DNA from: Setoptus koraiensis
Lineage: Eukaryota > Animalia > Arthropoda
Length of the DNA: 64,000 nt
Reading direction: 5' to 3'
Assembly (NCBI GenBank): GCA_048013815.1
Contig: CM106585.1
Location: 16,058,001-16,122,000, forward strand
In this document: piece after piece, positions 47,116 to 58,661 of the stretch
Position numbering within the stretch: the first letter of the stretch is position 1
Layout of the letters: every line of letters starts with the position of its first letter
Notes under the pieces: model-generated
Seen by the model: only the letters and a program-made list of their open reading frames with translations
Databases searched by the model: none
Told to the model about the DNA's origin: nothing
Position numbers and translations under genes: made by a program

Positions 47116-47646
47116 GTTTTCAAAATAATAATTTAGTTTCTTATGGGCTCAGAGGGAGCTGGAACAATCTGGGCGATGCGGCCGATATAAAATTGTTGCG
47201 AGAACATAGAATGGACGGATAAAACTTGACTACACATGCTTTTGTAAACACAACATTCCGGTACTTATCTGCACATGTTCGAATGCATGCAGAACGTGGC
47301 GCCAGTTACAATTTGCTTATAGCCCTCAGGGTACAGGGTTTGTCCGCGGCACATGTTATGGGATTTTATCACCCAGCAGAAAAATGGGACCGTAAAAAAA
47401 ATTGTAACTGGCGCCAAATCCTATACGAACATGCGCAGACTAGTACCGGAATGTTGCATTTATATGAGCATGTCGTCGAATTTTATCTGTCTAATATTCT
47501 CAGATTAATTTTATCTCTCTCACATTCGTCGAATTGTTACAATCGAAGCTCGTGAGGATTATCAATTACCTTTGGAAAAATCGGATAAATATTTTGAAAA
47601 CATGGCGACCAAGGCACCCCAAAAATCGCGTCTTGCGACCTCATGG
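47071..47646. promoter_or_regulatory. Imperfect ~576-bp palindrome spanning the PNPT1/eIF3g bidirectional promoter and both start codons
   Basis: Outer arms 47071-47127 and 47590-47646 are reverse complements at 52/57. Inner arms 47297-47314 and 47399-47416 match 18/18. Revcomp of 47251-47281 vs 47426-47456 matches 28/31. Confidence 0.9.
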
Positions 47647-48444
47647 GTCGATCAGATGAAAGAGCACTACGCAGCAGATCATCTACCACCCAAAACGGAG
47701 ACTATTAAAGGCGACACGAAGGAGATAGTGGAATATAAATTTGATGAAAATGGAAAAAAGACCAAAACAGTAACAACTTACAGAATTATCAGGACACCAA
47801 TAACAGCTCAGATGTTGGCTAGGAAAAATTGGAAAAGTTTTGGTTCGACGGCGTCCGACGAAAGTAGCAAGCCCGAAACCCAGGACGAAGAGATTATTAT
47901 GCAATTCGTCAACACCAAGGATCCAGAGGGCGAAACTAAGGCCGAAGATGACCCCTGGACCAAGGCCAAAGCTGTCAATCAAAGCCTGTTCAAATGTCGT
48001 GTTTGTAAAGGTAATCACGCAACAGCACAATGTCCGCTCAGCGACAGACTGGACATTACACTTAGGGATGATCTCGTCTCCGCCGACGGGGCTGGTGCTA
48101 AGATTGGTGGAAGTGACAAGTACCAGATACCAGCAAGTAGAGGTGGTGAAGCTAGCGGCCGAACCAGAGAGACCATGAGCTCTAGAATCAGAGAGGATCT
48201 GAACACTGTCCGTGTGACAAACTTGCCAGGCGAAATACAAGATGGTGATCTGAAAGATCTCTTCCAAACTTTCGGAAAGATTACTAGAATATTCTTAGCC
48301 AAAGACAAGTACACAGGAACATCCAGAGGTTACGCATTCGTCAGTTTCGATTGCCCGCAGAGCGCACTGTTGGCCGTTAATACTTTAAATGGTTACGGTT
48401 ACGCGAATCTTATCCTCAAAGTCGAAGTTGCAAAGCCCTCATGA
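47602..48444 (+). CDS. EIF3G: Eukaryotic translation initiation factor 3 subunit G, intronless, 280 aa
   Basis: SWVDQ N-terminal motif, KEIVEYKFDENGKK, ARKNWKSFG, Zn knuckle CRVCKGNHATAQCP, and a C-terminal RRM (VRVTNL...IFLAKDKYTGTSRGYAFVSF...LNGYGYANLILKVEVAKPS). The true start is taken as ATG 47602 rather than TTG 47572. Confidence 0.96.
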   Translation: MATKAPQKSRLATSWVDQMKEHYAADHLPPKTETIKGDTKEIVEYKFDENGKKTKTVTTYRIIRTPITAQMLARKNWKSFGSTASDESSKPETQDEEIIMQFVNTKDPEGETKAEDDPWTKAKAVNQSLFKCRVCKGNHATAQCPLSDRLDITLRDDLVSADGAGAKIGGSDKYQIPASRGGEASGRTRETMSSRIREDLNTVRVTNLPGEIQDGDLKDLFQTFGKITRIFLAKDKYTGTSRGYAFVSFDCPQSALLAVNTLNGYGYANLILKVEVAKPS

Positions 48445-48653
48445 TAACCTTAACATATGTATTTATTAATAATTCTTCTAAGCTAATTTTTCAGTAATAA
48501 TAAACATGATGAGCCATCAAGGTCAAGACCCCCAGCAATATTACAATTGTTTCTGGTGTAGTTATTCGAAAACACTCATCTATTTTTAAGTACACAAGAC
48601 GTGTAGATCTATGCCCTTCGCGGTTGATGAATTGATGGGACGCGCCTTGGCAT

Positions 48654-48907
48654 CTAGATCTTAAAACCGAGATCCCTCATGCATTTTTTGTGGGCTTCAA
48701 TCAGTTTTGTGCAGTTCTCTTCGCCGTTTTCCATGATACTAGGAATGATAATAGAATCTGCATGTTAGTGGTTTTATTGTAGATGACTTATTACTGTATG
48801 TTTCATGCAAAAATTTCTTACCAGGCATCACGAGCTTTTCTCGTTTCGGGACAAGCGCAACATGGCTTGCATGGTGGTTTTGGAGCACCCTGTTTATCGT
48901 CCGACAT
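48654..48907 (-). CDS. COX17: Cytochrome c oxidase copper chaperone COX17, 56 aa; complement(join(48654..48738,48822..48907))
   Basis: Manual translation [29 protein letters not shown]|[27 protein letters not shown] shows the CCxC motif and twin Cx9C. The 83-bp GTAAG...CCTAG intron is phase 2. Absent from the ORF track. Confidence 0.95.
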
Positions 48908-49636
48908 CCTGGAATAATCGTAGATAAATTAATATCGATAATACTAATTGTTGTTTGAGTTTTGAATCGTCAGTACAATGATCTATATCTGAAGCCTACC
49001 ATGATATTGCGATGCATTCGTCTGTCAGCCAATAGAAGCCACGTGCAGATGGTTACAGTCATGCTCACTGAAAGCGCGAAAATAACTGCAGATTGCGTCA
49101 TTGAATTCTGATACAATTAATGGATTTTTTGCTTGCATCTACATGATTATTATCAAGAGTTGGATTCCACAACCGAAATCGTGTAGAAACATCACAAATG
49201 AAAAAAGTTCGTTGTCAGCACAACTATTTGTCATTACAATAAATGAGCAATCTAATACCAGCGGTGGCACTACTGCTAAAGAGAGACTTTGGCAATATTT
49301 CGTCATCGTGTCTCTCCACAAATAGGAGAGGATTACAATCCGGAGGGCTAGCCTAGAATAACAACCGATACTATACTCAAAACGGAATGCATGAAAACAA
49401 AATATCCGATGTGTAAAAACGTAGTTTTGAATTGACCTATATCTCAATAGGACTTCATATGGTAAAATAAATATTGAATTTGCATTAGCTTATTATTGAT
49501 ACAAACAATTTCCATTACAGGCATTATAACAGTGTCATTGTGGTCTTCTTTTGGTACCATTTGATGCTTTGATTTGCTAAGCTTGGACAATAAACATGCT
49601 GGCATGGCACGGATCAAATAGGCTGGCCACAAGTGC

Positions 49637-50011
49637 TCATTTCTGGCCTTGTATTGGATTGGCAATGCCGTCCGCGGAAGTAACTGACGTTTTCTCTTCT
49701 CTCTCATGCACTTTGTAGATAGTATAGTTCAAATGAATCAATTCGATGACAATCAGTAGTATGACAATGACGAGAAAGAGATTTGTGATGTTGAGCCGCA
49801 ATTTATCATTATTTTTGGAGGTGTCCCTCATCATTATTCGAGTGATTCTTGCACGGCATATTGGACATATGCTCTGGTAGGATTGATATTTTCGATATTT
49901 TTTAGCCTTTTCGATGCACCTGTAGCAGAAGGTGTGATGGCAATTCAAAACAACAGGCTTCTTGTAGTCCATCAGACATATGGAGCATTCTGATCCTCCA
50001 GTGGCCTCCAT
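49637..50011 (-). CDS. Small C3HC4 RING finger protein with a C-terminal transmembrane helix, 124 aa
   Basis: CSIC...CHHTFCYRC...CPIC, then LFLVIVILLIVIELIHL. The ATG at 50011 is in a perfect gccaccATGg context. Confidence 0.8.
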   Translation of the reverse strand: MEATGGSECSICLMDYKKPVVLNCHHTFCYRCIEKAKKYRKYQSYQSICPICRARITRIMMRDTSKNNDKLRLNITNLFLVIVILLIVIELIHLNYTIYKVHEREEKTSVTSADGIANPIQGQK

Positions 50012-50784
50012 GGTGGCTAGTCGGCAATGGCAGTAGGCGGTTGAAAGAAGAAGAAACTTTGGTGACCACAAATAATATCATCAATTTCGCGTTAGGTAAT
50101 AGTGATGGTAAAGTAATGGTGGATAAATACTAGGGCCTATTGATATACAATTGAGTGACCGATCATACAATATTTAGCTGTGAAGAGCGCAAGAAGTGCG
50201 CCACAATTAGCGTGTTTACAATGAAAATGTGAACATGCCCGTGGCAATCCTCCATTGCAATGCCAGGACATGGCGCCTCACTTTACCCCCCTTGGCAGAT
50301 TGCACTTTAATCATGAGGCTAGTTATTGTGACTTTTAGCCGCTAGTTGTTTGGCGCCCTTAAAACCATCCCGACTATTGTGGCAAGCCGAAGATTTCGCT
50401 GATTGCTCAGTTGTCTCGACATGCAAAAGGCCGAACTGGACAATTCTCTCGCCAACAGATAAAAATAGTTGTCGATTGCATGCAATGTCTGCTGTTTGTA
50501 TATCTCTCATCAATCGTATGATATTTATTTGTTCTCTCTCGATCTTTCTTTCTCTCTATCATTGATTTAATTTGAATATAAATTTAATCAGTCCAACACT
50601 ATCGCGTAAATCATCTACACCATGATATCACGACACATATATTAGGTATTAGAGTGTATGTATGTACATTAAGTTGTTTTTATGGGCTTGTATGTATGTT
50701 TGGTTGTCATATGCTAAAATCTAAACCATTAGTCTTAGACAATTGATCCATCTACTGTGCGACCTGGTGGCGGTCCAAATCAAT

Positions 50785-51962
50785 CTAGTTGGCTGCCTTG
50801 CCAAAAAGGAAGCCAGCATAGATCGATATGTATTGTGTCAATGGATTATCACTGAGTTTCCCTTTCGATTTGAAAGATGCGGGTGGTAGAGCTTTCTTGC
50901 ACGTGTCGGATTTTTCACTGAATACATCCTCGGGGCAAATTTGGCCATTGAAGCCGCCAAATGTGTCTAAGACGTATTGCTGGAATACGTCGTAGGCATC
51001 TTTTCCACAAGCGGCGCTAACACGATCCTTGGAACACCTTTGCCATTGAGTGAAACCACAACAAGCTGTATCGTATCTGTCATCTTGTGTGACCCTTGTG
51101 GTACTGTTTAGATAGTCCACAGCCGAGAGTAGTCTGTCTACACAATTCGATCTGTAGTCTTGCGTCTCAAACACTTTGTCCACGATGCAAGGTGAGTGCT
51201 CTAGAAGCTCTGTAATTGTCAAGTAATTATTAAATGAAGGTTGTTAGCGGATTGGATAACCAACTAGATAAGATGCACTGAAATGAATCAGTGTCGGATC
51301 ACTTACTTTGTTTGTTTTCGGGGCTCTTGCAAAATTCTTCCACTGTTTTGGTGAATGACTCCAAAAAGAAATCAAACAATTCACGCTGCAATGGCGTTGC
51401 ACACTTTTTGATGTAATTCTTTTGGCACTCAACTACGCCGTCGAAGGAACTGCAAAAAGAACGAAAGTGAAGTGAACAAGTGAATAAAGAATTAGTGTTG
51501 CCGTTATCATTATCATCATGACAGACGATTAGCCAATCAAATTTACATTTGTATCTAAGATCTACTTACTTGCACAATTTGTCGATGCCCTCCTTGGTTT
51601 TGAGAATGTCGCCCGGACGATCGGCCTTGCCGAAGCTCTGTAATGTTTCGTAGCATTTGTCGATTTCTTTGCCGTGACACAAGTCGGCCTTCTTTCCTTT
51701 AGGACGCGGACTTTGCTGTCTCGTGCGACCCTGTCTGACTTGGGCCTCGGCCAATGCAAACATAATGCATAGCCCCGCGCCTGTGGAATGGGAAACATTT
51801 CGATTATATAACAATTATGATTAATTACTGAAAAAATTTTGCTTGAAAATGACTGGACAATTGTGTTTGGAACTGAGCCTGTTTGAAGCTGCTGTCATTG
51901 ATTATCTGTTGTTATTCGATTTTCGTGGATTAATTACCTATAAGTATTGATTTGTTCATCAT
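50785..51962 (-). CDS. Secreted cysteine-rich protein of unknown function, 267 aa; complement(join(50785..51209,51307..51449,51570..51780,51938..51962))
   Basis: Three GT-AG introns (157, 120, 97 bp) join into one frame: signal peptide MMNKSILIGAGLCIMFALAEA, then ...LCKN SFDGVVECQKNYIKKCATPLQRELFDFFLESF...EFCKSPENKQKLLEHSPC...TACCGFTQWQRC...C...C...C. Confidence 0.85.
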
Positions 51963-52267
51963 GTTGCTGGTTAATCTGGTTTTCTTTATCTTGTTAAAAA
52001 TTACTTATGTTGTTTTTGCCTCGAACACTTGCGACAAGTGATAGTGATGAAATAATTCTTTCGAAGATTTTTTTCGACTGCTAGATTTATAAGAGTCACA
52101 CACTGTAAATCGCGACCAAATAATAATAATGCACACAACTAAATCGGACTCAATCCCACGATCATCTAACTAGCTGCGACCTTTCCTGATGCAAACATCA
52201 AAAAGACTAGAGTGATTCAGGCGCAACTACTTTATACCTGCCCCTTTAACAGGTTGTTCAAAGCGAT

Positions 52268-52306
<39 letters not shown>

Positions 52307-54523
52307 CTATTCAGCATTTTCGTACTGAAGAACCAACGACAACAACGAGTGGATAACGTGTGTCTAGTCATGCTAGAGCAACTTTACTATATGCTATTAT
52401 CATCATATAGTTTGTCATAAAGCTGCTTTCGCCATTAAACAGATAGAAGCATGCAACATCTCTTCGTTTGCATCTCTGACGTCTTGAGTCGTCGTGAGTT
52501 TTAGTTTGACGGTCAATTACTTTGTATGTTTGTATGTACACACCATATATGATTGAGCAAACTACAACCAAAACAAAACCACCTATGGTATGTTATGTGA
52601 GGATGAAACGAGTCTTTGAGGGTGACTCAGCCGAATTGACTCTCTTGAGAGACTCATGCTTATGGGGATCGAGCACTTCGAACATTTGCGAGAAAGCAAC
52701 AACAGGTTAGTTTGAAAAGGAAAGGAAGTTCTATAAAATAGTTGTAGATTGCACAGTTGAGCATGATATATCGTGACTAAATGTGGCACCGACAGTGGCA
52801 ACAGCAATGCAAACATTATTGTGAGATTACCTGAGGCAATCAGTCGTAAAGAGAATAACAGCCACAACACAAGGTGACATTTGACATGGTGATTGCTTTA
52901 TCTGCTCAAAGAAACTTACACAACACGCTGTCTCTCTTCATATATATACTATACAACCTATCTGCCTCATTCATTTATTATAAGCCAGATAAGTAAGTAC
53001 ACAAGCAAGCAGTATAGCACGTTCAAGGTAAACATACAGGTAATTCCAGGTATATTTTTGGTTCATGTTGATGCGTTGCAATTCGGTACCAATAATGCAA
53101 TAATGACAATACAGTACTTGCAACGAAGTTCGAAATACAATGACGTGAAATGGTGATTGGCTCTTTCTACTTGATCATTCTGCTACTTGCATTACAAGTA
53201 GATAAATTGAATCGCTTAGATCTCTATGTCTACAAAACGTATTCTATTCGTCACTCACTCGTCACTATATTTCAACTGCTTCCTGGATCTGAATCTGAGC
53301 CTAAAGTTTTCGTCATGGCGTAGTCATTCAGGTAGCGTATCTTATGATGAACAATATGCGACTGTAAACCTTTAGATTGTCGAGTGACAGTTATTCATAT
53401 ACAATCAACAACTAATCAAGCTTATTCAAGCTTTTTCAAGCCCGAAGAAATAAATCGAGAACAAATATTGTTGAATTCATTCATGATTTTGCAGCTCTCG
53501 CAATAAACTCGTGCAGTATCGAATGATACTGAATGCACTCTACCATGTATCATGGTAGAGTTCATCAAACATAGCACAATAAACAGATATACAACTAGCT
53601 CGATATGAACAAGAGAGATCAACGAACAGGTGAATGGAGCATATGTAAATCTATGTGTATCCAATTCTAGCTCAACTTCCTATACACCCATGTATATCGG
53701 TGCTATATCTACCTACACACGAAGTCATGTATGACCTTTGAGGCATTTTAGACTTGATCTGTTTATGACTGGCAATCAAGTTCACCATCATTTGAGCGTT
53801 TGAAAATTCCAAGACAGATAGGATTAGATAGATTATACACAACTATCTAATTGATCTTGTTGCTCTCTCTCTCTCTCTCTCTCTCTCCCTCTTTCAAAGG
53901 CCAAAGAACCCCGAAGAAGAATAAACTCGGTTAGTTCAAAGATTGCTGTTCTCTAAGATCAATCACTGTTAATGGACACATGAAGAGTTACATCGGTGGA
54001 TCTGCCTCATTTATTTAAATATATGGTATTTTATTGATAGAGGTCAGTCAACTTTGGAACGGCGGTCTTCCAAAGTTTGAGACCTTCAACTGATTAAGAT
54101 TGCACCGACTTGTATGATATTCCGATGACTAAAGAGTTAAGAACTTTAGCTTGTTTGTATTTTCGAGCTGTATCTATCATCCAAACAACCAGTTGAGCTT
54201 TCTATCGTTGAACAGATCAATAACAATAAGTAACTGGTCATTTTTTAATTCTCGATATATTCACTATGTGATTTAAATCCTTTCAATTCAAAGGCCGCTT
54301 TGAGCTGATGTTCTACTGCTCCGGCTGCCTCTCCAAATCTAGAATCTTACTATTATTCCATCCTTGACTTAGGAGCAGTATAGTGGCAAAAACTCAAGTT
54401 GTGACTGTGAATATTGGATCATACATCATCGATTGGTGTCTAAAGACAATTCGGTCCTGGTAAGTTGCATAAAACCGTTGTCAATATATGTTCTATGAGA
54501 TAGAAGAGAGTGACCTTATAAAG

Positions 54524-55618
54524 TTAGAATATATGCTTACCTTTTACAGTTGAATAGGCCCACATATTGCTCATATTGAGGTTGCTGCTGTCGAATTTGG
54601 GTGCACGATTGTGTTCCAGCTCAAAGTATTTCAGTTGCATAACTATTTGCAGCTCCACTTTGTCAGATGAACTTGTACTTTTTCCCCTGTTGGGATCTCT
54701 TCTAGTGTTCGAAGCCATGGTCAAAATTGTTTTATCTGATTTGATTGAACAATAAAATGTCTGTGATCTGTTACACCAATAGTGTTGGGATGAGTTTGAT
54801 TGGGGCGCGAATTTAATGGAATTATCCCCAGAAAAATCACATTCTATTTGTTGGGAAGAACTCTGATCATCCTCTGGAGATTTGTTCTTCATACCAGCAT
54901 GACTTGGATCATCAATGAGAGTCAGTTTTTCCCTGAACAGCTCAAATTTTTCAGCCTCTCTCGAATCGATCGGAGGTACTGTGCCAAATGGATCGGACTG
55001 AATATTCTCTCCGGAACGTTTCTCTAGATCCATTCCTTGACTAAAATCTGTATAATGCGACAATTTCAGAGATTCTTCGGGCCAATCTATGGGCTTGCGA
55101 AAGTTTAATATTGCTCTGGTCAAACTAGAGTAGTGTACAAGAGTCGGCCTTTCTCCATTTACACCTCCGATTGGCTGATATCCGGTACTCGTATTCAAAT
55201 CTATGAGAAATTTGAAGCACTCCATATCAACCCATAAACTAAGCGCGTTGTTTGCCTGTGGACGCACATCGGACTTTTCGATTGACAAACTTCTATTGGC
55301 GAACGATATGCCTTCGATCTTGGTCAATGGCATATAACCTAGAAGGTTAGATAAATTGGAATCTGTCCTGAGAACACTTCTTACCTCTATGTGACCCCTC
55401 AATGACAATCTGACCCTCTGATCAACACTGAGCGCCTCTAGATTTGTTGATATTGGCTCTTCATGAAGTAATCTGCACGGTGTTATTGCTAGTTCATATT
55501 GCTCAGTGTTGATATAATTCCAACTAACGTCACTATTGTGATAATGTAATAACAGTAGTGAGGCTAAAGCGATGACAGCGAAAACAAGGGCCAAGGATGC
55601 AAGAGTCTTGAGGAGCAT
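54524..55618 (-). CDS. Uncharacterised protein with N-terminal signal/anchor helix, >=358 aa; probably spliced at 54541 to a short last exon
   Basis: 364-codon ORF starting MLLKTLASLALVFAVIALASLLLLH. Donor AAAG|GTAAGC at 54540; candidate final exon 54492-54440 (EHILTTVLCNLPGPNCL*). Confidence 0.7.
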   Translation of the reverse strand: MLLKTLASLALVFAVIALASLLLLHYHNSDVSWNYINTEQYELAITPCRLLHEEPISTNLEALSVDQRVRLSLRGHIEVRSVLRTDSNLSNLLGYMPLTKIEGISFANRSLSIEKSDVRPQANNALSLWVDMECFKFLIDLNTSTGYQPIGGVNGERPTLVHYSSLTRAILNFRKPIDWPEESLKLSHYTDFSQGMDLEKRSGENIQSDPFGTVPPIDSREAEKFELFREKLTLIDDPSHAGMKNKSPEDDQSSSQQIECDFSGDNSIKFAPQSNSSQHYWCNRSQTFYCSIKSDKTILTMASNTRRDPNRGKSTSSSDKVELQIVMQLKYFELEHNRAPKFDSSNLNMSNMWAYSTVKGKHIF

Positions 55619-56819
55619 CTTCGGCTTGTTGGAATAATAAGTTATCTATAAATTTGAGTAATGCTTCTTTGTGCATGTACCTATTAACAATGGCAATGTT
55701 TCTGTGTATGAATCAATTGTGAGTAGTCATCGATTATTTCGAACTAATATTTGATTGAATTTATGTTATCAGTTAGAAAGATCCGAACAGGAAGCAACAA
55801 TAGTGGAGAAACATAATTATTTAGCGAGGTGTGTATTTGAGCCGTCCGGAAGCTAGCTTTATCGAAGCTATACCGATGATAGGCAGGGCTAACTGGACAT
55901 TGTTTGTTTTGTTGATAATTAGATCAACGGCTGCAAGCAAATCATTGTTCAAACAAATGTCAACAAATAAAACTAAATGTAGTTGATCGAAATGTTTACA
56001 CTAACCAACCAAACATTGAAATAATGAGCACAATGAATATTTCTTGAGTCAATGAACTAGTTGAAACTTGCATGAAGGTACACAGGTTGTCCGTACTCTA
56101 CTTGGGCCTGGCAAATTATTATTGTTGACACCTATTAAGGTCACAATATCAACTAAACAGAGAAACGAATGCTGACAATTGACCGACAGGTATTCCAGGA
56201 GTTGATTCAGTTGCAGTCAGCTTCAAAAATATCGGTCTCTTTTCCATAGGAATCTCTGAGGCCCCTCTCTGTCACTCAAATTCTATTCTAACCTTTTCTA
56301 GAACCATATTTACTGTGACAAAACCATCTATTCTTCAGATCTAATGGTAAGTTCGATAACTGTGTTCGCTCAATCAAATACTGAATCAGCCTTATGAGGA
56401 TCGTTATGCGTGATCTATCATGGCGCCTCCTGAAGTTTCGCCTCGATATCTCATCTGGTACTCTCGTTGCTCGAGTCAGGACTAAATCACAATGTCAAGT
56501 GAAAAGTGGATCGTACAGTCAAGAATCGTTCGACCTGGGATTTGAAGATGCGGATATTCATATGAATTCAGAGGAGAATTTTTTTTTTCGTTCGAACTTC
56601 GCGCGTCGCTATGTGTTCATCTTGAACCAATTCTCTCAAGGTGATCCCACGAGGCTCTGTGTCATGGTTAAATCAACTACTACTAGCACTAGGTTATAGT
56701 GTTACTCAGATGATATTCTTAACTTATTATTGCATTATTATTTATATTTATTATTAGTATTATTATTATTGAGAATCTAAATAAATTTTTTAACTTATTC
56801 GCTAGATTGATCCAGGAAA

Positions 56820-58090
56820 ATGCTAGGTCGCCAAGCAAGAAACCTTTTGAATTGTTTAGCCAATCAATCTATTAGATCGCAATCAACTTCGACTAAGACG
56901 ACAGTCACATTAATTCCCGGAGATGGTATAGGACCAGAAATTTCGTCTGCAGTTCAACAAATATTTGCTACTGCAAGCGTACCTATTGAATGGGATGTCG
57001 TCGACGTTACTCCAGTCAAGTATCCAGATGGAAAATTTGGTATACCACAAAAAGCTATAGAGTCTGTTAATAGGCACAAAATCGGATTAAAGGGGCCCCT
57101 TATGACACCTATAGGCAAAGGGCATAGATCTCTCAATCTTGAGATACGAAAAGTGTTTAATTTATATGCCAATATAAGACCATGTAGATCGCTAGAGGGC
57201 TATCAGACTCTTTACGATAATGTCGATGTTGTAACAATCAGAGAAAATACAGAGGGTGAATATAGCGGTATCGAGCATGAAATTGTCTCCGGAGTAGTAC
57301 AGAGTATTAAACTTATTACTGAACCTGCCAGCAGACGAGTTGCTGAGTATGCATTTGAATATGCCAAGGCGAATGGACGTAAAATGGTAACTGCCGTACA
57401 CAAAGCAAATATTATGCGTATGTCTGATGGATTATTTCTACAATGCTGCCGAGAGACCGCCGAAAGGCATCCAGAGATCACTTATACGGAGATGTATCTA
57501 GATACTGTTTGCCTTAACGTGAGTATGCTAAATATTATAATTGAGCACCCATAAACAATAATTAATATACTAATATACCATTGTTTTGATTTTTGCGTAG
57601 ATGGTCCAAGATCCCTCTAAATTTGACGTATTAGTCATGCCAAATCTCTATGGAGACATTCTAAGTGACTTGTGCGCGGGTCTGGTCGGAGGTTTGGGTG
57701 TCACTCCGTCTGGCAACATCGGAAAAGGTGGTGCTGTTTTCGAATCTGTGAGTAATACCATACATCTAATCATACACCTGAGTTAATCTCCTGAATCAAT
57801 GTATGCGCACAGAGATATATACAAAAATCTATAATCCCACACCTTCTACATCGACTGCTAATTAGGTTCACGGTACAGCCCCTGACATTGCCGGCCAAGA
57901 CAAGGCCAACCCGACGGCTCTTTTGCTCAGTGCTGTAATGATGCTTAGACATATGCACTTAAATGAATTTGCGGATAAAATAGAACGAGCATGTTTGGAC
58001 GTAATTAAAGAAGCGAGATACCTGACTGCCGATCTTGGCGGAAGAGCGAAATGCTCGGAATTTACGAAAGAAATCTGTGAGAAACTCTAA
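56820..58090 (+). CDS. IDH3A: Isocitrate dehydrogenase [NAD] subunit alpha, mitochondrial, 356 aa; join(56820..57518,57601..57747,57866..58090)
   Basis: [86 protein letters not shown]|[22 protein letters not shown]. Two phase-0 GT-AG introns. Confidence 0.97.
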
Positions 58091-58661
58091 TCATTAGGCA
58101 AAACTTGAGTCACAAATTTAGGTAACTCTCTTAGGTTGCTATATACTCAATGAAGCCCATAGCTTTTTTCCTAACTCAAATTATATTTGATTGGATTAGA
58201 TAAATCATCAATTTACCCCCTTATTAAGCCAGGGGTCTCTAGAGGGTATAGCAATTTCGTTTTTAGAATAGTGTTTCTATACTCATGACATTATGACACC
58301 TCGTCAGAACTTCTAATAGAGATAAATAATAAACAATTAAGATGATTTCATTATATCTTCTTTTTTGAAAACGTTAGACTATATCAATATCCAAGTATAT
58401 GTACGTTAGTTTACAAAATACAAACAGAAGTGACGTACTCTCCTGCTAAAAATAACATGTTTTTGTGGAGTTTCATAAACTCCTACTATCTCATAAATAT
58501 CCGATGGAATCACTGAATTTATCTTGGTCCCGGCATGCCCGTCGCCTGTCTCTATATGGACTCGAAATTCTGCCTATTGTGACGATACGTTGCTGATTGC
58601 TTTAAACTCATATCAAGGGTGCGCATAGGAAGGGGAAAGAGAGCGTACCATTTTTGATAAC

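Noticed and set aside
47572-47601. TTG-initiated N-terminal extension of eIF3g in the ORF track (also TTG 29985 for the giant ORF, and 50071 for the RING gene)
   Set aside because: Better-supported ATGs or splice acceptors exist (47602, acceptor 29942, Kozak ATG 50011).
48960-49630. Short ORFs 49101-49325, 49139-49447 and 49444-49707
   Set aside because: No recognisable motifs or consistent splice structure.
55900-56700. ORF 56394-56699 and nearby frames
   Set aside because: No homology cues; likely intergenic or UTR upstream of IDH3A.
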